This document shows positions 13,666 through 23,818 of a DNA stretch of 32,000 nucleotides, piece by piece. The number at the start of each line of letters is the position of its first letter. Position 1 is the stretch's first letter. Under the pieces are notes generated by a model. That model saw only the letters and a program-made list of their open reading frames with translations, did not search any database and was not told the origin of the DNA. The stretch is taken from the sequence record CP025327.1. One strand, given 5' to 3'. The position numbers were made by a program, and so were the translations under genes.

Positions 13666-14475
13666 TTATGATCCTCATCAGTACATAACAATATATAAGA
13701 ATAATCAAATAACATCTAATACATGTAAATATAGAACAGTAGTTTCAAATCCTACATGATGATTAGTAGTAAATTGGTAATTACGTAATCTTCAGTAACA
13801 AACACCTAACATAATAATTAACATAACCATATGGAAGAAATGTAATCCTGTACCAGCAAAGAATACAGATCCAAATACCCCATCAGATATAGTAAATGCA
13901 GCATTAGTATATTCAGCTACTTGACATAAAACAAATATCACAATTAATCAGAATGTTAAACCTAATCCTAATAAAGCATTATTTCTACTTCCTTGTAATA
14001 AAGCATGATGACAATAAGTAATTGTAGCACCACTAGCTAATAAAATAATAGTATTAAGTAAAGGTAATTCAGTAGGTCCTATGGCTTCAATCCCTACTGG
14101 AGGTCATACACTACCTAATTCAATAGTAGGTGACATAGCACTATGGAAGTAACTTCAGAATATTGCAGCAAATATTAATATTTCTGATAATACAAATAAT
14201 AAAAATCCTAAGTTTAATCCTTTTCTAACTGCTATTGTATGATCTCCTAAATATGTAGCTTCTGCTATTATATCTCTAAATCATAATGTCATACTACCTA
14301 ATACTACTACAATACTTAAACTTAGTACATAAAAGTTTCCTATATAACCATGCATTGTAAATGCTAATGATAAGGCTAATGATAATAAAGCAAAAGATAC
14401 GATTATTGGTCATGGTGATGGAGCAACTAAATGGAATGGAAATAATTGATATTGACTTCTAATGTTTTTTGTCAT
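13666..14475 (-). CDS. cox3: Cytochrome c oxidase subunit 3
   Basis: With table 4 this is one 269-codon frame. It reads [45 protein letters not shown]... and ends ...[21 protein letters not shown], then TAA. It is absent from the standard-code track because of in-frame TGA (Trp) codons. Confidence 0.93.
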
Positions 14476-14576
14476 TTGAACTTTGATATTATATATAATC
14501 CTAAATTTTGATTTATACTTAGGCTTATATATCTTATTTATTAAATTAATAAATAATTAGTATTGTAAGACTAATT

Positions 14577-14644
14577 AATCTTAATTGGAATTGAACCAAT
14601 CATCTTTACTTTATATTGAAAGATAATCTCCTGATTATAAGATT
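14577..14644 (-). other. tRNA-like element, possibly a tRNA pseudogene or processing signal, about 100 nt upstream of cox3
   Basis: On the minus strand there is a perfect 7-bp acceptor (AATCTTA/TAAGATT), a canonical T arm (ATTGG-TTCAATT-CCAAT) and a D-like hairpin (TAAT-CAGGAG-ATTA). No 5-bp/7-nt anticodon arm can be drawn. The best fold is CTTT-CAATAT-AAAG. Confidence 0.45.
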
Positions 14645-15809
14645 TATATATATATGTATATACTTTTACTTAGTAATTAATTTATATTGTACTATTCTTA
14701 TTAATATTTATTAATATTTATTAGTATTTAGTAGTATTTACTTATTTTTACTTAATAATATATCAATTAATAATAATTATTTAATTATAAATTATCTTAT
14801 AATAAGTATATATTGTACTCATTGTCTAATAATAAATTACTTAATAATAAGTACATATTATACTCATTATATAATAATAAGTATATATTATACTCTTTTC
14901 TTAATAATCTTAATAATAAATGTACATTGTTATCTTTTACTTAGTAATAAGTATATATTGTACTCTTAGTTGAGTTGTTATTAGTAGTATGTATTGTACT
15001 CTTAGTTGAGTTGTGATCTTGATATATATAGTATTATATATTCTCAAATATATTTATAATAATATAGTATTATATACTCTCAAATATCTCATTATATTTA
15101 TAATAATATAGTATTATATATTGTCAAATATGTCATTATATTTATAATAATATAGTATTAGATATTATGAATTATATGATTATATATTATACTAATATAA
15201 TATTATATATGATTACTATAGAATATTATTATATGATAATTAATGTACTAATAATAGTATTATATAAATGATAATCTAATGTACTAATATAGTATATTAC
15301 TAATATCATATTAGATATTCCTATTATTAGTTAATTATAAATGCAAATATACTAAGTTTTATATAATCTTTATAAGTTTATTATACTATATTTAATAGTA
15401 TTATATTGTCTTTCTAAGTTTATTATGCTATATTTAATAGTATTATATAATCTTTATATTTTATAAACTAGTATTATATAATCTTTATGTTTAATAAAAC
15501 ACTATCTAATATATAAGTCTATTTTAAATATTAGGATAATTAAAGTTATTTAGATAAATAATATTCTATATATATTTAATTACATATTAATATTGATATA
15601 TTACATATATATTTTTATATATTATATATTAAATATATCTTAATTTAATATATGTATTAATATATTATATATATTATTATATATTATTTTAATATATCTT
15701 AATATAAATATATCTTATTTATTAACAAATAAAGATAAGATATTAAATATTAAATCTTAAGTAATAATATCTTATTTATTAACATAATAATATTATATCT
15801 TTATATAAT

Positions 15810-15865
15810 AATTGGAATTAAATAATTGGAATTAAATAATTGGAATTAAATAATTGGAATTAAAT
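15810..15865. repeat. Tandem repeat, 14-nt unit, 4 copies
   Basis: aattggaattaaat occurs four times. The array lies just downstream of the nad5 stop on the minus strand. Confidence 0.9.
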
Positions 15866-15930
15866 ATTAAATATTGATATTAAATATATTTTACTAACTT
15901 AAGATAATATTATATATTATATATTATATA

Positions 15931-16707
15931 TTAGATATCCTCTTTTTGAGTAAATAAAGATAAAGTTCATAATAATAATATAATAATACTAAAGTTTAAT
16001 TTATTTAGAATAAATATTAGAGCAACTATAACTCCAATTACTAGATATAAAGCATAAGTAAAAATAGAAGCTACACTTAATTTAGATAATATAGATGAGA
16101 TAATATTACTTAATTTTCATAGACCATTAGGTCCAAATAATTTAAGTAATCCTTTATCAACATGATGATTTAATAAACCACCAACAGTTAATCCTCCTCT
16201 AATAATAAAATTATTAATTAATTGATCACTAAATACTTTTTGATTTAAGAAGAAGTATATTTTATTTAAAATACTATTATTATATACATTAATTAGATGA
16301 TAATTAAATTCATAAATATATAGTAATATAAGACTTCCTCCTAATCCTGTTATTAAAGGTAATACTTTAAATATAGAATTTAATCCAAATTCAGTTTCAA
16401 TTAAATTTAAATTATTAGGATGTATGAATATAGCATTGAATGGACTTCCCATACCTAAATAAATATCTCTAGTAATATATCCTACAAATATAGAACCTAT
16501 TGCTAAGATAATCATAGGTATTACCATAATATTATCCATTTCATGTAAATTTAGATAAGTATATTTAGAACTATTTGGTACGTTAAAGAAAGTTAAATAT
16601 AATATTCTCATACTATATAACGATGTTAAAGTAGCCGATAATAATGCTAATCAATATACAATAAATCCAGATATTTCATAACTTCCTAATAATGATTCAA
16701 TAATTAT
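15931..16707 (-). CDS. nad5: NADH dehydrogenase subunit 5, exon 4 (terminal)
   Basis: Reads IIIESLLGSYEISGFIVYWLALLSATLTSLYSMRILYLTFFN...FGPNGLWKLSNIISS...LLLWTLSLFTQKEDI, then TAA at 15931-15933. The frame is continuous through TGA codons. It begins right after the group II intron 3' end ...GTTCAC. Confidence 0.88.
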
Positions 16708-16754
16708 GTGAACTAAATAAACAATTCTACGAGAGATATTGAGTATTCTTTCCA

Positions 16755-16788
16755 AAACCGCACGTGATAGTTTCCCATCATACGGCTT
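16755..16788 (-). other. Group II intron domain V
   Basis: The minus strand reads AAGCCGTATGATGGGAAACTATCACGTGCGGTTT. This matches the 34-nt domain V pattern (GAGCCGTAT...GAAA...ACGTACGGTTC). Confidence 0.88.
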
Positions 16789-16796
16789 TCAACTTG

Positions 16797-19094
16797 TTAG
16801 TTCTTTACAAAGATTATTTTTTGTAATCTTTTAGGAAAATGAACATCCATGTGACAATTACGACATAAAGGTATTTGCTTTCTACGATTTTTGATTATAA
16901 TTTTATCTACTTGAGATAAATGAGATTTATTAGTTAAATCTTTAAGATGTCTTACATGATGCATTTCAACATTATCAGAACTACCACAGACTTTACAAAC
17001 TAAATTGTTAAGTGTAGCTAAGGACTTTAATGTAGAACTAAACAATCAAGGTAATTTATCAAAAACAGTTAATTTAAAATCTCATAATTTTAATTTATAA
17101 TCAGGTTTTACAAATGAATAGTTTATGGTTTTACCATTAACTTTAGAAGATATAGTTAAGTATTTACCATATTTATGGAATACTTTTCTTCTAGTATCTA
17201 AAGAATATTTAGAAGCTAATAACATAGCACAAGATTGTATTAGATAATAATGAATTTTAGCTGCTAAAGTATTTTTATTAAATGCGAAAGAGTAATAATT
17301 TAAATAACCTCTATAAATAGAATTATATTGATATAATATCTGTTTATGAGAACCATCTCTTCAAATAAATTTAGGATTTGGTTCATAACCTTTAACAAAA
17401 TTAGCTTCTCTTAATTTATTCATAATTGAATGAATTGGAGCTTCTAATAATATAAGATTAGATGTATTATAAGATTTACCACTTTTTCTATTTCTATATT
17501 GATGAGTTTTCATACTAATATATGTACCTAGAAATAAAACTTTATCTTCTCTAAAATTAGTTATATGAGTTTTAGAATCACTTAATTCAAGATCTATAGT
17601 TTTGCAAAAGTCTTTTATCTTATTCTTAATCATTAAAGCTTCAGAATAAGGACCTCTAACACCTATTAATCAATCATCAGCATATCTAACATACTCAATT
17701 CTACGATAATTAGGATCATTTAAATAAACTCACCTTGTATTTCTAAGTTTAATAACTAATTTTTTGATGATAGATTTATCAACATTATTTTTAATACTTT
17801 TTCTTATTTGATATCTTATACTACCATATTCTGGATTTTCTCTTGTCTTAGTTCCTTTATCATATTCCTTCTTTAGATTTAATATAAATTCATCTAATTG
17901 ATGTAAATATATGTTCGCTAATATAGGACTAATAATAGAACCTTGAGGAGTATCTGATATACTAGTATTAAGAGTATTAAATTCGAAATAACCAGCTTTA
18001 ATACATTTACTAATTAATCTAGTAAAACGTCTATCTTCAATTTTAGATTCAATGATATTCATAAGTTTGTTATGATTAATAGAATCAAAACATTTAGAAA
18101 TATCACCTTCAATCATTCAATAGCTAGCTTTAAAGTTAGTAAAAACATATCTAAGAGCAGTGTGACAACTTTTATTTGATCTAAATCCATGAGAGTTAGA
18201 TACAAAAGTTGGATCAAATATAGCATCTAGGATCATTCTCATTACTTCTTGTACTAATTTATCTCTAGGACTACCTATAGTTAAAGGACGGGTTTTACCA
18301 TCCTTTTTAGGTATATTAACACGTCTTCCAGGAGTAAATTTGAATGTCTCATTTTTAAGTGATTCAATAATTAATCTAATTTTGTCCATAGATATACCAT
18401 CTAATGTTAAATTATCACTACCAGGAGTCATATTACCTGGTTTACTCTTTATTTTATTATAAGCAATAATAAATAACTCTTCACTTAACATAAATTTAGA
18501 AAATAATCTTTTATCTTTGCCAATAACTAATTTATTATTTTTCGATGAATATTCATATAATTTATCTAGATCTTTTAAAACTTTTGGAGTAGCATCGCTA
18601 CTGTAATAACGTCTAGATACTTTATTAACAATTAGACCCCTTCCAATCATTGATTGTACTACGAGTCCTCCGTTACCATAGGAATCGCTTCCCTTAGGTA
18701 ATCCCGAATTCTTTATTTTTATATGACCTTGTTCCTTAGATTCTTCGTTCAATTCCTTAATTATACGTTTGTATAACTCCTTTATATCTCTTATAATTAA
18801 AACCAAAGATACAAATTTTAATTGATATAAAAACAATCTATAACAGCCATATTGATAACCTACTCTTAAGTTGAATGGAATTTGAAGTTCAAACAGTATA
18901 GTCTTAATCATAGAACATTTAACTAAGTAACGATGATACCATGCTGCTAGATACCATATTACCTTTTTACCCATACATGCTATTGTCAGTTTCGGGCTTT
19001 CCCCTAGACCTAAGTATGGTGTTAGTATCATATATAGGAAATGATAGTACAATTGGTTAGATTGACATATATAAAAATAAATTAGACGGCGCAC
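16797..19094 (-). CDS. Group II intron-encoded reverse transcriptase / maturase / HNH endonuclease, in frame with nad5 exon 3
   Basis: The four track ORFs (18117-19355, 17730-18116, 17361-17633, 16797-17045) share one frame and are joined by TGA=Trp. RT motifs include [44 protein letters not shown] and VRYADDWLIG. An X/maturase region follows. The C-terminal zinc/HNH-like region reads [20 protein letters not shown]...CRNCHMDVH. Confidence 0.9.
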
Positions 19095-19352
19095 ATCTTT
19101 TGAATAGAAACCTGTTAGTCCTGGTATTGCCATTAATGATAATGAAGCAATTAAAAGACATGTATATGTTAATGGTAAGAATGGTAAAAATCCTCCATAT
19201 GTTCTTAAATCTTGAGATTCGTTGATTACTGAATGAATTATTGCTCCTGCTGACATAAATAATAATGCTTTGAATACACTATGACATATTAAATGAAATA
19301 AAGCTAAATTATAGGCTGATACACCTACAGCTATTACCATCATTCCTATTTG
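19095..19352 (-). CDS. nad5: NADH dehydrogenase subunit 5, exon 3
   Basis: Reads [86 protein letters not shown]. The upstream boundary is placed after a terminal intron G (..TTATTG|CAAATAGG). Confidence 0.85.
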
Positions 19353-20642
19353 CAATAATAATTATAAAATTAATAATTATAAAATTATTAGTGGACCATT
19401 TCTTTACTAATCTCTTTACTAATCGATAAATTTTTGTCATTTATTTCATCTTTCTTTAAATATAATTCATTTATTATAATCCTCTATATTATAACTATCT
19501 TTATATAATATTAATTCAAAAAATTTAGGGATTGATAATAATCTATTATGTTTTTCACTTTTTAAAGGATATTTGGAGAAATAGTTATTAATTAAATTAT
19601 ATAATTCATATTTACGATAGACTACATATTTAAATGCATCTTTTTGTGTACCTGTAATATCTACACGTCCTCCATATAAACGAATTAAAGGTTCTAATAA
19701 ATAACTATTTTTTTGAGAGACACTAATAAATACTTGACCACTTTGCTCATTAAAATAAATAGATCCATCACTATCAATAAATCCACTTAATCATCCATTG
19801 TAGAATGTTAATGGTTTAGGATAAATTAGATTTATCTTAAATTTAAGACATAATTTATTCATTTGCAATAATCTGGCAGGATTTCTTATTTCCCCATTTA
19901 CAGCATTTATTAATTTAATTAGACCTCTTTTATTAGATAATTGATATCTATTTGCATTACTATTTGCAATTCTTTTTATAGAACCTCCAAATTCATGTTG
20001 AATTATATTTAAAACTTTTATATCTCTATCTGAGATAGTAATCTGTAATCTTGTAGATCCTGATTTAGCTAAATGAAAATATCCATCTCCATCTATAATT
20101 CCTGCAACTCATTGGTATAAAGGAATTTTAGATTTATCAGATATCTCATTTTTAATAGAATTATCAGATATCTCATTTTTTATTAAATTTATAAAATTAT
20201 TTGATATTTGTTTTTTAATAGAATTATCAGAGATCTCATTTTTTAAATTATTTCATATTTGTTTTTTAATAAAATTATCTGATATTTGTTTTTTAATAGA
20301 ATTATAAGATGAATAAAATTGTTTATTAGATTTATAAAATAGTATCAGACGTATGGCCTCTGAGATTCCTACTAACTTAATTATGATTATTATCTTTCAT
20401 TTTTCAAATATATTTATAAATATTTGTCCTTTTAAGGAAAATGAATTAAAAAGATAATAATTATATTGATTTATATAATCAAAAGCTTTGGTTATCTGCG
20501 AATTAACATTTAATAAAAATAAAAATGTGCCAACGCATATAGTCTGATTCCTAACTATAGATATATTATTGTAATATAAACTATAATTTCTCCTAACTAT
20601 AGATATATTATTGTAATATAAACTATAATTTTGAGCCAATTG
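19353..20642 (-). mobile_element. Group I intron (nad5 intron 2) carrying a double-motif LAGLIDADG ORF
   Basis: The 5' splice site follows a U (..ATGAGT|CAATTGG) and the 3' end is a G (..ATTG|CAAATAGG). An R-like element TCTCAGAGGCCAT is the reverse complement of 20353-20366. An S-like element AAGAAATGGTCC is the reverse complement of 19393-19404. The LAGLIDADG domains lie between them. Confidence 0.75.
19419..20642 (-). CDS. LAGLIDADG homing endonuclease (two canonical motifs), in frame with nad5 exon 2
   Basis: With table 4 this is one frame to TAG at 19419-19421. Motif 1 is [16 protein letters not shown] and motif 2 is [16 protein letters not shown]. The N-terminal part contains in-frame tandem repeats. 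Confidence 0.85.
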
Positions 20643-20849
20643 ACTCATAGTAGATAATGCAATAACTCTTTTAATATCATTAGAAACAATAGCAATCAAT
20701 CCAGCTACACTGGTAGTAATACCTCCTAACCATAAACATCCCAATAACATAGTAGGACTAAATTCTAAAATAGGAGAAGATCTCATTAATAAATATACTC
20801 CTGCAGTAACCATAGTAGCAGCATGTAATAAAGCAGATACTGGTGTAGG
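20643..20849 (-). CDS. nad5: NADH dehydrogenase subunit 5, exon 2
   Basis: Reads [69 protein letters not shown]. It follows ...AMEG of exon 1 without a gap relative to the conserved nad5 block AMEGPTPVSAL.HAATMV. Confidence 0.85.
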
Positions 20850-21180
20850 CATTTATACCTCTATTTTCATAAAGGATTGGACCATCTCTTAATAAATAAT
20901 CTTTATTTATTATATATTATTATATATTATTATATATTATTATATATTATCTTATTATTTATTTTACACAATATGGCCTCTGAGGATCCTTATATTTATT
21001 TTATTATAAATAAATTATTATATAAATTAATAATTTATTTTATTATAAATAAATAATTATATAAATTAATATAATCATTGGTATATATAAGTTTCCTGCT
21101 GATTGTCTATGTATCTTTATAATTTTTACATTAACATATTGAAAGTTATATATCTTTAGATTTGATATATTGTTTCTCAA

Positions 21181-21328
21181 TGTATCTTTATATCTCATAT
21201 ATTGTTTATAAATATATCTTTATATTTGATATATTTATCAAGATATCTTTATATTTGATATATTATTTATCAATATATCTTTATATTTGATATATTATTT
21301 ATCAATATATCTTTATATTTGGTATATC
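21181..21328. repeat. Tandem repeat inside nad5 intron 1, 29-32 nt unit, about 4.5 copies
   Basis: atctttatatttgatatattatttatcaatat starts at 21216, 21245, 21277 and 21309, with a degenerate copy upstream. Confidence 0.85.
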
Positions 21329-21329
21329 T

Positions 21330-21448
21330 AAAGTATTTTCATTAATGTATATAAAGTATTTTCATTAATCTATATAAAGTATTTTTATTAATGTATATAA
21401 AGTATTTTCATTAATGTATATAAAGTATTTTCATTAATGTATATAAAG
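21330..21448. repeat. Tandem repeat inside nad5 intron 1, 23-nt unit, 5 copies
   Basis: aaagtattttcattaatgtatat starts at 21330, 21353, 21376, 21399 and 21422, with a partial copy at 21445. Confidence 0.9.
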
Positions 21449-21652
21449 CTTTAAGAGTTCCCAGCATATAGTGTAATTTATTTTATGGAGAGTTCTTTAT
21501 AATCTGATTATTACATGTCTATTTTGTGTATAATTTATAATATATGGAAAGTATTATTTATTACATATCTATTTTATGTCTAATTTATAAAACATTAAAG
21601 GTATTATTTATTACATATTTATAAAACATTAAAGGTATTATTTATTACATAT

Positions 21653-22546
21653 TTATTTTAGGTCTAATTTATAATACATTGAAGGTATTATATAAGGTTT
21701 TATTAAATTTCTAAATTTATCTAAATCTGTTATAGATATTGTTAATATATAATGTGTAGTCCTTTTATTCTTTTCAATAATTTTATGAATAGGTTTATGT
21801 ATCATAATTTGTGTTTTGATATTAAATTTTTGTTGTAATATTTTTTTTAATCTTTCTACTTCATATTTCTGAAAATTATTTGTAGATAATCAAATAGTTT
21901 TATGATATTTATTATAATGGCCATTATCCATAAATCAATAAGCTAAACTAATTACAGAGATAATCTTTTCAATATTATAAGGTAATCTTTTAGTGACACA
22001 ATGAGTATTATTATTATAATAGTATCATGATTTATACATATCACCTAAATAAGAATATCTTTTTGTACAAAATCAATATTGTAAAGGATTATCTTTAGGT
22101 CAAGGATTAGGATCACTCTGAGTACAAATAGTTTTAAGTATATTATATTTTAGATGATATAAATAATTTAGATGTTTATTAGCTATAATAAATTGTAATC
22201 TAGAATTATTAGTATTAGAAGGTTTAGATAAATGACGATTACCTAATAACAATCCTACAATAACTTGATTAATATGAGGATTAAATAAATTAAATTTAAT
22301 TAATTTATCTTGAGATATTGAATATGAATAGAAAAGAAATTTACTATTAAAGACTTTAGAAGAATCTAAATATTTACAAATAGTATATCTACTAATATGT
22401 AATTTATTGCTACAAGAAGTAATAGATTGAAAAGGTTTATTATTAATCAACATAAGAGAATTAACATCATAAACAAAGATAGATTTAGAATAATTATGAT
22501 GATTATTTAACATGGCATTTTTATACTCTATAGCCATTTTTGAGCA
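21653..22546 (-). CDS. LAGLIDADG-family intron ORF (possible maturase), in frame with nad5 exon 1
   Basis: With table 4 the frame is continuous from the exon. It reads CSKMAIEYKNAM...VIVGLLLGNRHLSKPSNTNNSRLQF...WPKDNPLQYWFCTKRYSYLGD...ISLAYWFMDNGHYNKYHKTIWLSTNNF...IPSMYYKLDLK, then TAA at 21653-21655. Confidence 0.85.
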
Positions 22547-23263
22547 GCCCTCCATTGCCATTAATAATCATGAATGTAATCCGAATTGAGCACTTTTAGC
22601 TGCAGTGGCAATTAAAAAACATAACATTATTAAATTTAATATGTTTGTATTAATATGAGGTGTTAAACTAAATATACTGGCAAAGTTTAATGATCCAAAT
22701 GTGGAAATTAATAATAACATTCCTACTATAAATAATGTATCTCCCATTCTATTTAATAATATTGCTGATAATGCTGATTTCATTGCAGTTATTCTAGTAA
22801 ATCAAAATGAGATTAATAAATATGAAGTTACTCCTACAAATTCTCATCCTATAAACATAGTTAAATAACTATTTCCTGTTACTAATATTAACATAAAGAA
22901 TGTGAATAAAGATAAATAACTAAAGAAACGTGGTTGATGAGGATCTGAAGACATATAACTACATGCAAATATATGTACAAAAAATGATATAGTAGTTACT
23001 GGTATTAACATACTTCCTGATAATTTATCTATTGTAAATCCTCAATCTATTTCTAAATATTCTATATTTATTCAAGGTAATATATTTAATGTGATTTCTT
23101 CATCATTTAATACTACTTGATTATAAATATAATAAGATGTTAACATTGAAATAAATATTGAGAATGTTACAATTATTTTACTTAAATTTGGACCTAAGTA
23201 TCTTCCAAAGAATCCACTTATTAAACTTCCTAAGAAAGGTGTAATTAATGTTGTTAATAACAT
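22547..23263 (-). CDS. nad5: NADH dehydrogenase subunit 5, exon 1
   Basis: Reads [24 protein letters not shown]...[17 protein letters not shown]...[41 protein letters not shown]...[19 protein letters not shown]. The track ORFs 23072-23263, 22568-22783 and the start of 22100-22561 share one frame and are joined by TGA=Trp. Confidence 0.88.
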
Positions 23264-23277
23264 TGTGACTTTTTATA

Positions 23278-23544
23278 TTATATTTCTAATGATAGAGATC
23301 CTCTTAATTTATAATAGGCTACTAATATTGATAAACCTATTGCTGATTCTGCTCCTGCTAAGATTAATATAATTATTCCATAAAATAATCCTGTTATATC
23401 ATCCATTAATCCACTTCCTTGTAATATTAATAATGTTATTGCTAATAACATCATCTCTATACTAATAAAACATAATATTATGTTTTTCTTATTTAATACG
23501 AATCCTAAAATTCCTGTAATAAATAATATTAATGTTATACTCAT
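23278..23544 (-). CDS. nad4L: NADH dehydrogenase subunit 4L
   Basis: The 88-aa ORF reads MSITLILFITGILGFVLNKKNIILCFISIEMMLLAITLLILQ...AGAESAIGLSILVAYYKLRGS. It lies directly upstream of nad5 with a 14-nt spacer, the usual fungal nad4L-nad5 pairing. Confidence 0.92.
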   Translation of the reverse strand: MSITLILFITGILGFVLNKKNIILCFISIEMMLLAITLLILQGSGLMDDITGLFYGIIILILAGAESAIGLSILVAYYKLRGSLSLEI

Positions 23545-23609
23545 ATTGTTGAAATTGTTTATTATCTTACATATTATTTAATCTTGTACTATAGTATCTT
23601 TTTATAATA

Positions 23610-23818
23610 AATTATTTAATATCTTATTTATATATAATCTCATTTATATTTTAATTATTTACTATCTTATTTAGATATAATCTTATTTATATTTAAATTA
23701 TTTAGTATCTTATTTATAATCTTATTTATATTTAAATTATTTAGTATCTTATTTATATATAATCTTATTTATATTTTAATTATTTAGTATCTTATTTATA
23801 TATAATCTCATTTATATA
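23610..23818. repeat. Degenerate tandem repeat, about 41-43 nt unit and about 5 copies, upstream of nad4L
   Basis: The motif (agt)atcttatttatatataatctyatttatattttaattattt recurs. Confidence 0.75.

Larger units (their letters stand above)
16708..19094 (-). mobile_element. Group II intron (nad5 intron 3) with an RT/maturase/HNH ORF in domain IV
   Basis: The 5' end is GTGCGCC, directly after the exon codons ...FYSKD. Domain V lies at 16755-16788. A domain VI-like tail follows, ending in AC at 16708. The ORF stop lies immediately upstream of domain V. Confidence 0.88.
20850..22546 (-). mobile_element. Group I intron (nad5 intron 1) with a 5' LAGLIDADG ORF and internal tandem arrays
   Basis: Core-like elements are seen on the minus strand. 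P-like TATGCTGGGAACTC is the reverse complement of 21455-21468. Q AATCAGCAGG is the reverse complement of 21095-21104. R-like TCCTCAGAGGCCAT is the reverse complement of 20973-20986. S-like AAGAGATGGTCC is the reverse complement of 20879-20890. The terminal G is at 20850. Confidence 0.75.

Noticed and set aside
14577-14644. A plus-strand reading of the tRNA-like element.
   Set aside because: The plus-strand fold lacks a canonical T loop and leaves a 6-nt T-like loop. The minus-strand version has GGTTCAATTCC and a GG-containing D loop, and it matches the orientation of all other genes.
16797-19355. The group II intron ORF as a decayed pseudogene, because the track splits it into four ORFs.
   Set aside because: All four pieces share one frame, and the only interruptions are TGA codons, which encode Trp here.
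19353-19355. The Met start of track ORF 18117-19355 as a real initiation codon.
   Set aside because: The codon is TTG and sits at the intron 2/exon 3 boundary. The sequence downstream is an internal nad5 exon.
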